Shown here in pieces: positions 36,758-48,482 of a DNA stretch of 64,000 nt. Origin of the DNA: Zygnema circumcarinatum SAG 698-1b (Eukaryota; Plantae; Zygnematophyceae). The notes beneath the pieces were generated by a model. It saw only the letters and a program-made list of their open reading frames with translations. It was not told the DNA's origin and did no database searches. Each line of letters begins with the position of its first letter. Position 1 is the first letter of the stretch. Both the position numbers and the translations under genes were made by a program. The stretch spans positions 2,098,689 through 2,162,688 of the forward strand of contig CM074809.1 in NCBI GenBank assembly GCA_037447605.1. The letters are read 5' to 3'.

Positions 36758-38554
36758 CTAAATTCTTTGGGCGGCCTCGAGCTCTATCAACTCTTTCCGC
36801 CACAGCTCCAGTCGCCGAATTTTGTCCTCTTCTTCAGGAGTCCGCTGCCTGCTTGCAGAAGCAGCTTCTAAAGACTCCGCTTGACGAATCTGTAAAATTT
36901 TCAAAAGGTTCAACCAACTATCAGCTATTTACTGGAGAGACTAGTGTCACTTATGAAATCATGAAGAAGGGAGAGGTACAGATTTAGCTTGAACCAGAGA
37001 GGTGGCATTACCCCTGAGTATTCTAATAGCCCATAAAGCATTTGGTGTAAGGTTCTCTCATGTGAAGGGACTTCACCTATGAAGGCGTTTGCGTTCTTAT
37101 AAGATTCTCACTTCCTCCTTCATTGCTATCCTCTCAAGAAAATTATTCCTACACAACTGCCAATGATCAATTGGCGAGGCCTCGCCAGACCTTTGGCCGG
37201 AGACCTGACTTATGCATTTACTGTTGAGTTTTCAGAAATGTAGTTCTCAATGCCTACCATGAAGTCTGTTGCTGTCGAGAGCTTTCTGAATGTAGGGTTC
37301 ATGTATAGAAACCCCACTTAATCCTATCGCTGCGAGAAGTGGGCAAAGAAATGAGGAGTACGTTTGCCCATTTCCTACTTGTTCGAATCCTGTCACCTTG
37401 ATTGAGAATTTGAGTTAAGTTTACAAATAACGCTGCATGATTGGCGTAAATGAGTAATTACTCATTACTCTTCAAATACTTTACGCTCTATTGCATTCGG
37501 CCGACGTTGGAGTTCTGTGCCCACTCACCTTCTTCCGCAAAGCTCGAATTTTCTTCTCTAATTCTATGAAGGCGCTCCCGTCAGTTCCAGCATCAGCGCT
37601 CGCACTGCTCGGCTGTACATTCCGAGACGGCCTTGATGAGCTCTCATCTTGAGCAGCCCCCGAAGACTCTCTTGGGGCCAGCTGGAGAGCGCCCATGCCC
37701 TTCTCTATGCCAGTGGCAGCCGCTCCTGAACTCTCCCGTTCTGAAACTATATCAGGTTCTGAAGATTGCTGCGCCAACGCAGTTCCACCAAGCAAGCATA
37801 TATTTCAGCTATTATCTCAGAGATTGGCCAGGGTCCAGCATTAATGGGAACCAGAGAAAATACATTATGGCCTACCAGAGGAGGAAGTTCTGCTTCCTTC
37901 CTGGGCAATTAATGAAAAATAATCTTATCGGGACACATTCTCGACATAAAATTGCGACAACAAGTATTCATGCTCTAAAGCTATCCACAAGGAGTTACAA
38001 ATGGATTTTCATTCCACGGGTTCTGCCAATCCCTCACCTCTTGATACATGCGCATCTATTTCTTGAAAAGAACCAGCTTTAGATTTACCTTTTTCTCTTT
38101 TCGCTTTTCGTTCTTCCGAGCTGCTTTGCTTTTGGCACTTGCCTGTGCAGCATGCCCCGGATCCACTCCCGGCGGCACCGCTGGCCCTGCATTCCTCGGC
38201 TGCTCCATGCTCCATTCCCCGAATTCAATACTACGTTCACTTCAACTGTGGTACATGCATCTAGCTCCACAAGTCGAATAGCCTCAACAAATCAGCACAG
38301 CTCATGGCGAATTCATACACATTTTCTTATTCCAAGCACGAAACAGACAGAGTGACAAAAGACAAAACACAGCTTCTGGCTGGACAATTTCTTCCCGGAA
38401 GCAGCACACTCACTCTGGAGCCTTTGGCCTCATAGCGCGCGACCTCGTCCTGCGGGACATACCCGGCGCGGATGCGAATCTCCTTGCGGATGGTCCCGTC
38501 GGGGCGCCGCGTGCCCGGTAGCACGCGTTCCTCCGTGGGACCGCTCCCCTCCAT
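36758..38554 (-). CDS. PYM: Partner of Y14 and Mago (exon-junction-complex disassembly factor), 4 exons
   Basis: Exon 1 38554-38414 ..TRRPDGTIRKEIRIRAGYVPQDEV..YEAKG (Mago-binding domain); ~38200-38087 VPPG..KAARKNEKRKEKK; ~37770-37530 ..EKKIRALRKK; 36889-36758 IRQAESL..PEEEDKI..WRKEL..*. The exon-2 acceptor is not resolved. Confidence 0.88.
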
Positions 38555-38676
38555 GGCGGCCGCGGGGTGGGAAGCGGGGGCGTCTCGGCCTGGCCGGCGG
38601 GAGGCAGGGAGGGAGGGCGCGGTGGAAAGACAGATTTTTATTGTTTTTACTAATTATTTTGAACCAATGAAAGCAT

Positions 38677-38766
38677 GAGCATTTGGCCGAGTGGTTAAGG
38701 CGCACGCCTGCTACCTGTGAGAGTGTGTGGGTTCTACCCGCGAGAGTTCGAATCTCTCAGTGCTCG
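38677..38766 (+). tRNA. tRNA-Ser(GCT) with an 8-nt intron at position 37/38
   Basis: Acceptor stem GAGCATT/AGTGCTC with discriminator G; A-box TGGCCGAGTGG; anticodon stem CACGC/GTGTG; anticodon GCT 38710-38712; intron CCTGTGAG 38714-38721; long variable arm; B-box GTTCGAATC; TTTT terminator. Length is 90 = 82 + 8 nt. Confidence 0.95.
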
Positions 38767-39786
38767 TTTTGTAAGTTTTGGTTTGAATTACTCTCATCGG
38801 CTGTTGTTCATGTTCATGAACGACATGAGCCTACATGAATACTGAGACAGTATTTTGCATCTGCTCCAAGGAGCCCTCTTGCCCTACCGAAACCTTATTT
38901 GCAAACGTCCACTTTCACTATTGACCTCCACCGATCTATAAACTCGCCTACATCTGCACCTTTCCCTATAAGCTATCTGGCTCCGTATACTCGACAAGAT
39001 CAAATCATTCATAGACGGAGAAGCTGACTCCTGTTGCTTTTGAAGCCCCTTCTCCCGTCTTCAAGCAAGCAAGGATTGGCTGTTGCCTTTATCAAGGGAA
39101 ACCGGCACATTGGAATCTCTTTGTGCTGTGCCTGTTAGCTACTACTTACATGACAGAACTCCCTACTGAACTTGCACATGTAAAAGTGCTTGCATTGAGC
39201 TTCAGCTAGAGGGATATTGTCTGCCTCAAAGCTGCAGACCTTTGTGTCAACTGGATGCAATATCTTAAGAAGCAGAAGAGCAATCTCCTGATTAGGCATG
39301 CACCTCACATCTCGAAGACGATGATGGTTGCGTGTTTTAGCCAAGCGTGTGTGTGTATGACGTGCAGGTTTTAAGTGCAGTTTGCCTCGTCATGTCAACT
39401 CTGAATATCCACCGGAAGCTCCAATGCATTGAATCAATGTACTACTGCATTGGCGGCGTCGGCATGGTGAGCCAATCGGTCGCATTTTTTCTGTGATGGT
39501 GAAACGGCTAGCCTTATGATGCTTGCAAGCTCTGACTGGGCGCCACAACTCGACACAGAAAAGCAAAACTTTCGCAGTGTTGCAACATCGGAGTCAACAA
39601 GAGGCTCATATTGCTACCCACATTGATACTTCAAGACATTCGTTACTGAGAAACTTGAAACAACGACACGAGGAAGCATAAGCAACCAACCTACAACCCA
39701 AACCGCAGATTAAATTGAGGCGCTGGAGGAAACTCAACTTATTGAAAGAACGAATTATTCCCATAAGTAACTTCATTAAGCTATGA

Positions 39787-41618
39787 CTAACCCGTCGAAC
39801 AACAACTTGATTTCTTTTTACTTTTCTGTTGAAGATCACCAGCTGAAGGCACCAATATCTTGACTCCAGGAGTAATCGAGCTTCCAAGTCCTCCAGGTTC
39901 TACGTCAATGGTCCTTTTGCTGACAATGTGATAGATTTCTGTGAGCACTTGGACAAAGGCTTGTTCTACGTTCAGGCTCTCCAATGCTGAGGTTTCGATG
40001 AAGGCAACTCTATGCTTCTCTGCAAAACTCTTGGCCTCGTCCGTGGACACTGCTCTGGCTTTATCCAGGTCGGCCTGCGTCCCCAACACAACATGATGAA
40101 GAGATCAAGATGCGAATCCATGATGGCTGCATATTGTATTCCCATAATACGAAAATGACAACATAGCACAGCCAGAGGAACTAAAAGGACCAAGAGTGAC
40201 TAAAAGCGTCTGGGGATTCAGAGAATCAAAATCTTTAGTTTTAACTTGATTAAGTGAAGACTTTCAAAGTTTCAAAAATTTTGTTCACCTTATTTCCAAC
40301 AAGCATTACAAAAATGTTGGCGTCAGCATGTGCTCGGAGCTCATCCAACCACCGCTCACAGTGCTCGAAGCTTAATCTTTTGCTGATGTCATACACCAAG
40401 AGTGCCCCAACAGCTCCTCGATAATAGGAACTTGTGACAGCTCTATATCTGCATCACATTAGCAGTAAAAAAAAGAAAACAAAATCATTAACCCTAAGAA
40501 CCAAGGAAAGCAACAGTAAAAAATCATGCGGCTTTTTACAACTGGGAAAGTCACCAGATGAATAACTGCAACTCTCAATCAACTTAATAGCTCAGACGAG
40601 GGCTACACGCTTATCCTTACAGAAAAATTCTGATGATACCTCAGAATCAACAGCAAAAGCAAGACCGGTTCAATTCAACATGGACAAAAAACATAAGTGA
40701 TATATCCAATCATGCCGAAATTTGAATTATACATGACGGCAGACGTCATCAATAACTACACAGAAATGTCCAATAAAGCAATTGCTCAGCAGGACATCCG
40801 CGAAACAATCCTGTGCCTAACTTTGGAAGGGGACTGCTTTATACACAGTTTGAACTCTCTGAAACGACAGTGAACTTTTGACAGGTTCATTTCTAAACAA
40901 AGTTGTTGACCGCATCAAGTTTTTTGGATGTTGTATGGTAGATTGTTCATTGGAAAAGGGACTTCGCATTAGTAAACAGTGGCTTATGGCTTCTGCACAA
41001 CTGGTACCAAGAAACACTCAAGAAATGGCCTCGATCTGCCACCAGATTGAGGTGATTGGTCTAACACCTCCTGTATCTTTTGTTGCTCAAAACATAGAGG
41101 TTGCTGGAAGCTAGATGCTCTTAGCACTGCGCATCACAATACCCATTCCAGCTTTGACAGAGGAAAGATCGCAAATAAAGCCATGAGGATGAATCTTACC
41201 CACTTATCGGACACCACAGAGACTCTGACCAAGCAATCCAGAAGGATAAACCAAAACGAGCCAATCCCTATGATAACAATGGAAGCAACAGAAATATTCT
41301 TCCCTAGTCGGAACTCTGATCTAATGACAACCCTAAAAAAAAACTTGCTCATTTAATCGTTTCTGTAATAAAATGCCACTAATAGAAATTATCCTACCTT
41401 TCCTGCCCAGCCGTGTCCCAAATCTGCGCCTTCACAACCTTCTTGTCCACAGTGATTGTCTTTGTCTGAAACTCCACACCAATGGTAGCTTTTGATTCCA
41501 GCGAAAACTCATTTCTTGCAAACCGCGCAAGCAATTGCGACTTTCCGACTGCTGAATCGCCAATCAGGACTATTTTGAAGACGTAATCCACCTGATGTTC
41601 GAACTCCCCGCCTACCAT
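39787..41618 (-). CDS. RABA4: Rab11-family small GTPase, RabA4/A3-like, 222 aa, 3 exons
   Basis: Exons 41618-41398, 40448-40289 and 40074-39787, phase-consistent. Motifs [53 protein letters not shown]; C-terminal CCSTG prenylation motif. Confidence 0.95.
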
Positions 41619-42429
41619 GTCTCACGCACAAAACGACCAACCACTTCCTACTACACTCCAAACCGGCTAACAAAGTGATGTGTCCCGACACCGTTCGGCA
41701 GGTTCCAGCGACCTCGCGTGAAACAATAGCTAAGAAGATTCGTCCATTCCTCAAGTGCCCGATACTACACAACCACTGATCCTACTCTCCCCTCACAACA
41801 TTGGACCCATCCCCCAGACCACCAACCACCACCAGTATCCTGCCGTCAATACGGCAAGCAGAAAACGAAACGGGCGAGGATTTCCCTCAAGCAAAGTGAA
41901 GACGTATGCGATCGATGCCTGCAGTCCTGCAGCAGTTAAACTACCTCCTCCTGCCGGAACAGAGCAGAGCGCTCTGCAGCTCTGATACCTGCTCTGCTCT
42001 CCACTGCTGGAGGGCGCCGGTCGTTCAAAGGACCCAGTGCAAAAATGCCACCGTTCTTCTAGTGTTCACACTATCCGAAAAGACATTACAGGACATGCAC
42101 AAATGCAAAGGATGTGGCGTTGATCCGATTGATTGCTCGAATCGTTCACACGTACTGTTAAACCGAACAGGTTGAGAAATTGAGAAACGAGTTTAATTTC
42201 TCAATTCTCAATCTTATTGAGTAGGGTTCAACTTTGAACACTCGAGGTCGAAACTTTTTCGATTTAAGAAAGCGAAACGTTTTAAAGAAAAAGTTCAAAG
42301 ACTCAATATGTTCGGTCGCACGTGTGGTTTCCAGTTTTTGCAAGTTGGTTCCGTGCGATTCGAGGGATCTGGTTACAGTAGGGGGCCCTCATATTTCCAC
42401 CCTCTTAATTTTTGATTTCCTTCATGTAC

Positions 42430-42600
42430 CGCAAACTTTCATTGAACTCGCGATGGCGAGGCCATCAAATTTACATGGATAAAGGCAAAATGTGGAACCA
42501 CGAAGGACTGGTCACAAAGGACCGAAACACAATAAAACGAAGCTAGGAGCGGAAAACTACGCCTAGGCACAACAACGCAGCCCTAGAAGCAGCCGCGAAG
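42430..42600 (-). repeat. Inverted copy of dispersed repeat R
   Basis: Reverse complement gctgcttctagggct..ttccgctcctagctt..gtgaccagtccttcgtggttcc..catgtaaatttgatggcctcgccatcgcgagttcaat aligns to 32296-32440. Confidence 0.75.
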
Positions 42601-42604
42601 GTCA

Positions 42605-42614
42605 NNNNNNNNNN
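42605..42614. other. Assembly gap (10 N)
   Basis: Ns in sequence. Confidence 0.99.
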
Positions 42615-45100
42615 CCACCCACTGCACGGCCGCAGAAGTTGACTCCAGAGGAAATGGAGAAGATGCAGCGGGAGAACAAGTGTTTCCGCTGCCGCAAGGA
42701 GGGGCATAAGGCCCGGGATTGCCCTCTCAACACCAAGGACAAGAAGGGCAAGGGGCCGGAAAACCCCAACCCACCAGCAGCTTAGGGGTCGTTGCTGGTG
42801 GACATGTTAGGCTAGGGGGAGGGAATGGAACTGCCGTCAAGGATAGGAGACTATTGTTTCTTGGAACCTTGGACATTCCTAAATTGATTGGCAGACCTTT
42901 GGGAGTGCAAGATCTCTTTGTGTTGGATGTACTTCCTTCTTCCATTTCGCTTTCCCTTGCCACTGTAGTGACTCCTTCTGGGTTTATGGATGTAGTGATG
43001 AATGGTGATTGGCATGTCTTTATCCTCAATGTCATGTAATGTATGATGTTCTCATGCAATCTGCCATAAATGCTTTTCATGTCATGGGAAACACCTCCAT
43101 GTCCTTAGGTGCTGGTGCTGCTGGCCCTCGCACATCAAAGGTTCGCACACTCAGCGCCACTTGGCGGTGGTGGAGCGGTTGAGGAAGGGGCACACATTGG
43201 TGCAGGCGATGGAAGGATCCGCAGAGTTCGCTGGTTGGGTCACCTACACCTCGGTGTGGAGGACGGCTCATCCTCAACCCTCACTGTGGTGTGATCTATG
43301 TTCCATCTTGCCCATCGTGCATGATATTCATGGTTCAGCCAATGGCCACCCCGCACATCAATGCTTGGCGGATGCTAACTTTGTTAGCTTCTGCATTAGC
43401 CAAGAGCCCAATTGACCAGCAGATGCCGTTCAGAAAGTGTTACTTTCCGAGGATGGACGCAACCAATCTGACATCGTCACACTTCAAGATAGAGCTCCAA
43501 TCCTGCTCCGGGCGGTGAAGTGTCTTCTGACACAACTGGCCTCTGGTACAGATGTTATTTTAGGGAGTGCTTGGTTAACCATGGTCAACGCCCAATTGGA
43601 CTTTTCCATCCCACACTGCATTCTTCGCAGTGGTGATCGGCGCATCACACTGCACCCTGGTAAACCACCCACCACTGCTACCACGCAGGATGTTACTCCT
43701 TATCTCTGCTCGGCCATGCAATTGGCCAAAGCCGTAAAGGAGGGTTGCACCTTGTTTATGGTGCATGTCATGGCAACCACTGAGGATGTTCATGACGAAG
43801 ATCAGGAATGGCAGATCACATCTACGGATGTGCTCTCGGCCGTTCCACCAAGTTCCAACCTCTGTTGGATGAATTCAGGGATGTCTTCCCTGATGACCTT
43901 CCAAGAGGGTTGCCACCATCTCGAGGGGTGGGGCACACAATCCCTCTTGAGCCTGAGCAAAAGCCGCCTTGGCGGCCGATCTGTCGTTAAGCCAGGAACC
44001 GAAGATTCCGAGCGCATTGGCGCTTTACGTGAAGGGATTGGATGGAACACGGTAGAGCCCCTTTAGAGCACCCAGTCTGTTGGGAAGAAAAGATGGCTCG
44101 TAAAGTGTGCATTGATTGCGCAACACTCAACAATCTGATAAAGACCGTTTTGCTTTACCACGTATTGATGATCTGTTGGATCGTCTTCACGGCGCCAGAG
44201 TGTTTACTTCACTCGATCTTGCTCAGGGGTACCATCAGATCCGCGTCACTGAAACCGATGTGCCAAAAACCGCGTTCTGGACGCCGATTGGTCATTTCCA
44301 GTATAAGGTGTTGCCCTTTGGATTGACTAATACTCAACAACTTAGCTGCATGAACAAAAATGTCATGATGAACAAGCTTGTTTTGGTTTACCTCGATGAT
44401 ATCCTTGTCTTCAGTAAGACGGAGGACGACCATCTTGAACACGTTCGGAAAGTGTTTGAGACCCTGAGGAAACACCAATTTTATGCCAAGAGGAAGAAGT
44501 GTCACTTCATGCAACGCGAGTTGGTTTACCTTGGGCATATCCTCAACGATCAGGGTCTTCGGCCTGATCCTGCCAAAGTTTCAGCGGTAGAAACTTGGGC
44601 ACCACCGACTGACTTGCATCAGTTGAGGTCTTTCTTGGGATTTGCGAATTATTTTCGTAAGTTCATCTAAGGGTTTAGTAAGTTGGTTACTCCCTTGACT
44701 AATTTGACACGTTCCGGTGTCCCCTTCACATGGACCCCTGAATGCCAGGACGCGTTCGAGGGTGTACGCCATGCACTGGTTACCGCACCCACTCTCCGTT
44801 TAGCGGACCCGTCCAAACCTTATGAAGTGGTTTGTGATGCTTCGGGATTCGCCTTGGGTGCCGTCTTGTTTCAAGATGGTCAACCTCTGGCGTATGAAAG
44901 TCGCAAAATGAATCCCGCTGAGCGCAACTATTCTGCAACAGAACAGGAACTGCTTGCAGTGGTCCACGCCCTGAGGACATGGCGGTGCTATTTAGAGGGG
45001 GCGAAAGCGGTCACGCTGGTCACTGACCACCGCCCGCTGACGTTTCTCTCTACCCAACAGACCTTGTCTAGGCGGCAGGCACGCTGGTCTGAGTTCCTCC
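42615..45100 (+). mobile_element. Degenerate Ty3/gypsy (chromovirus-like) gag-pol fragment: zinc knuckle, protease, RT, RNase H; integrase and LTRs not visible
   Basis: CFRCRKEGHKARDC at 42681-42722; DVILG..WL protease end ~43550; LPRIDDLLD, LDL..GYHQI, PFGL.N, YLDDILVFS, RSFLGFANYFRKFI; DASGFALGAVL, ESRK..AERNY..E.ELLAVV, TDH.PL, RQARW. Premature TAA at ~44668 and frameshifts at ~43930-44115. Bracketed by N gaps. Confidence 0.93.
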
Positions 45101-45110
45101 NNNNNNNNNN
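45101..45110. other. Assembly gap (10 N)
   Basis: Ns in sequence. Confidence 0.99.
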
Positions 45111-45364
45111 CTACGGCAGAAAATGTCAGAAAACAAGGCGAGAAACGTTAGAACAGAAAAAACCGCAGCAAAACAGCAGCAAAACAACCAAAAACAAAAA
45201 ACAAAAAACGAAAAGAAGCACAAACAACAAAAACAGAGCAATGCAGCAGGACACGCGACAGGAAAACGCAAAGACAACGACAAGAGGCTGCCACGTGGCC
45301 GCGGCAGAGGCAGCGGCAGCAGGCGCAACGGTCGGAAGTTTGGTTAGAGTTCATGTTCTCATTC

Positions 45365-45425
45365 TCATTTCCTTCATGTACGTTTGATGGCTTTGCCATC
45401 GTGAGTTCAATATATCATCTTTCTC
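45365..45425 (+). repeat. 3'-only copy of dispersed repeat R
   Basis: atttccttcatgtacgtttgatggctttgccatcgtgagttcaat followed by a CT-rich tail ending at the ctcttaatt duplication. Confidence 0.7.
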
Positions 45426-45523
45426 TCTTAATTGCGTTCCCAAGAAATTCGCCCTGATTTTGCCGAAACCACTTTTTTGTAGTCTGTACTATCCGTACTA
45501 TCCGTACTACTGTATTCGTATTA

Positions 45524-45984
45524 CAGTGGGGGGTCCTCATATTTTCCACCCTGTACAGTGCGCTCCCAAGAAATTCGCCCCGATTTTGCCGAAACCACCT
45601 TTTTGTACGGTAACTCTGTGTTACACGTACTATTTGTACTATTCGTACTATTCGTACTGACCGTACTATTCGTACTTGCTGTACTAGCCGTTACGGGCTT
45701 AAGCAAATCAAACCGAATCTTCCCGCACTTGCCGCCGTAAGAGGCGCTCGCTCCTCTCCCCTTTATCTTGGCTTCGATACGGCATAATACGATACGATAT
45801 TACACGATACGTTACGATGCGTAACGATACGATACGGTATTAGACGATACGATATGTACGGACAAACATGAACTCTAACATAACACCGCCCGTCTATTGG
45901 TAACACGAACCTTATATTTGCAAAATCAATATTTTCGCCCCTTTTTGGCCAATACCATGGCGAAAATATGAGGACCCCCCACTG
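45524..45984. mobile_element. Intact MITE family A copy (461 bp), perfect 22-bp TIR, TA TSD
   Basis: TA|CAGTGGGGGGTCCTCATATTTT ... AAAATATGAGGACCCCCCACTG|TA; the interior has (cgtacta)n and (gatac)n microsatellites. Confidence 0.93.
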
Positions 45985-47321
45985 TATCCGTACTTACTGT
46001 ACTAGCCGTTAAGGGCTTAAGCAGAACTCACCGAATCTTCCCGCACGTGCCGCCGTAAGAGGCGTTCGCATCTCTCCCTTCATGGCTTCGATACGATACG
46101 ATACTATACGATACTTTACGATAATTTACGAGACGGTACGATATGATGTGGTACGATATGTACGGACCTACATGAACTCTAACATAATACCGCCCGCCTA
46201 TTGGTAACACGAACCTTATATTTGCAAAACCAAGATTTTCGCCCCATATTTGCCAAAACCATGGCGAAAATATACTGTAACCCGGACTCCAGTTTTGCCG
46301 TACGACTCTCCTGCGAGCCGATCAACAATTTCTGTAGGGGGAACTCTGGGTCCACGTGCTTTACGATCCGCTAAAATCTCATTGTTTATCAGTGGACCCA
46401 AGAAAAATTCAAATTGCACACGAACGATATTAATTGATCAATGGTCAATTGGTCTTCCATAAAAATTGTATTGAGAAAAAAAAGGAATTCATTTCTCATT
46501 TCTCAAAGTGAATCGTTTTCACAAAAATAAGTTTTCTTTTTCTGAGAAACAGGTTCTGAATTTTCTTTTTTGAGGAGCGAATTTTTTTTTTTTTTCTCAA
46601 CCTGTTCGGTTTTACGGTACTGTACGCATAGCGGCCGCACGATTGCGTACGGTCGTTCCATGCAGCTCGTTTACTTGTGTCGTTAGGGTCCAAATGTCGA
46701 AACCACGAGAGGCCTTCTTTGGCGATTTGCGGCTGTCCTTACGGTGCGCGAAACGACGGGATATTTCTGAGCCCGTTCGTTATGTGAACGCCTCCGGAGC
46801 AGATAAAGTCATCGTCGTTGCATCCGCCAGTCCGTGTGAACGCCTCAAACGGATTGCAGCGCCCTCCCCTATACAGGCGGCCGCCATGGATGGGTGGGGC
46901 TACAGCTGTTCCCAGGAAGCGCCTTCTGTTCCTGTGCTGCAGGATCTGACCTCAGCGGCGGGGAATTCGCTGACTAGGGCTTGGTTTTTCCTGAAAATTG
47001 CTTTATTACAGGAAGAGAGGCTTGTTTCGAGCCGTGTTCCGGAAGTAGGGAGAGTGCTTTCTGAAATAATACATGAGGTAGGAGAGAAGGGGAATGCGTT
47101 CATCTTACTCTGTTTTTTCTATCAATTTAGCTGGTGACAGGAAGGACGCTTGCGTTAGGCCTTTCTCCCTCTTCGAGAGTGCATTTCTCGTTCCGTGATT
47201 GCGTGTTGGGCTTCCAATTCCACCAATTGGCATTGTTTGCTCAGTGAAGTGTGCTGTGCTCTAGGCACGAGGCAATCAGGTGCAAGAGCTGCTACCTTGG
47301 GAAGGATAGCAGGTGTAAGGC

Positions 47322-48482
47322 ATGGGAAACCCGAAGAATAAGAGCAGCAAATATCGAGAAGATGCTCCGTGGCGGGCCCCTGCAAACAACATTCCACGAA
47401 TTGGGAGCGTAGGAATGGTGAAGCTTCCGGAGGGTCCCGAGTATCGCTATGCTTTAAGTATAATGAAGGTGGGTGCCCTCTCTTTCTTCCTGCGGGAGCC
47501 TACAAGTGAACACTGTGCTTGCTGCAGAAGGCAGCAGGGTTTGCTTCATAATGTAGTTCATTTGCTCTGAATTGGCTGCAGAAAGAGGTCTTAGCACATT
47601 CCAATTCTTGAGCTTTTTGAAGCAGATAAGGTCTCCTTCAACGAGAACTCACAGCAGTTGTGCATTTTCAGCAATTGCGCACTTACAGTCAAACCTTAAT
47701 AATGGAGACGACGGTATTTTTCTAACTTTTCTGCATTATGGAGCCATCTAGGAATCTAACGAGACACATAAAGACAATGGGCTGCAATTCGATTTTGTCG
47801 GTGGAATTCGGGTCGTCTCCCCAGCCTCTGAGGGGACATGAAATACCAACAACCTTCAAGGCTTTGTTTTGTCCGGCTGTTCTTTTATAGTCCTACTTCC
47901 TCTGATTTCTGTATGTGGCAGCATCCGGATCCTATTGGCATGGGCCTGGCTAGGGAAGCTGTGTTTGAACCTGCTGGAGCTGAATGCCTTATCCCAGGGC
48001 TGGTACGCCCAGTACGAGTGCTGGGCTTGCAAGTGAGTCGCTCCCCTGCTTGTGGGCGATGAAAAATGGTTGATTTCCATGTACTCGATCGTGCTTCATT
48101 CGTGCAACGGTCACAATTTGATGTCAGCTTGTTGGCGGGCAGGTTTCGAAGATGTGTGTGAAATTGAATGCGGGCATGATGGGGAGTGGAGACGAGGCGA
48201 CTCCATGAGCAGCGTAACACTGTTTTTCGTACGGGTGTCTGTGCAGGTGTGGCCAATATCAGTCGGGAACCCAATGAAGGGACTCGAGCCTATTGCCCGA
48301 GAGTTGAAAACCTTTGGAATGGTGAGCTGCTCATGCTGCAGCTGCTGTCTCCTGAGCTCTTCTTGTACATGGAATGTGGCAAGGCATCCCGCGCATGATG
48401 TGACATCATTGAACGATGTGAGTTTTTCCAGGTGGTGGACAAGGCCTTCGACTTGATGCAGGCGTCCTTTGGACAGCGGTAG
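47322..48482 (+). CDS. Small conserved plant protein of unknown function (from memory resembles Arabidopsis At1g16170/At1g79660), 4 exons
   Basis: MGNPK..DAPWRA..IPRI..YRYALSIMK | HPDPIGMGLAREAVFEPAGAECLIPG.V.PVRVLGLQ | VWPI..LEPIARELK.FG | VVDKAFDLMQASFGQR*, all with phase-0 GT-AG junctions. Confidence 0.8.

Larger units (their letters stand above)
42376..46277 (+). mobile_element. MITE family A copy split by a ~3-kb insertion and by a second family A copy
   Basis: TA|CAGTAGGGGGCCCTCATATTTCCACCCT at 42376; resumes at 45434 (gcgttcccaagaaattcg); right end AAAATAT-ACTG|TA with 11 bp missing from the TIR. The empty site reconstitutes to the palindromic GGTTAACC. Confidence 0.75.
42155..46617. 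mobile_element. Outer MITE E (native ~560 bp, Tc1/mariner-pogo type, TA TSD) enclosing the whole 42-46 kb nest
   Basis: C(T/C)GT(T/A)AAACCGAACAGGTTGAGAAA inverted at 42155-42179 and 46593-46617 (23/25); TA at 42153-42154 and 46618-46619. Confidence 0.75.

Noticed and set aside
42495-42535. Hammerhead ribozyme (GGTC-loop-GACC-GAAAC) in repeat R
   Set aside because: The required CUGANGA core is absent and the GAAA is not conserved in other copies.
42615-45100. Complete, active LTR retrotransposon
   Set aside because: It has a stop codon and frameshifts, and no visible integrase, LTRs, PBS or PPT; gaps lie on both sides.
46643-47137. 164-aa ORF as a separate gene
   Set aside because: It spans the promoter, 5' UTR and first intron of the gene starting at 47322; no family motif.
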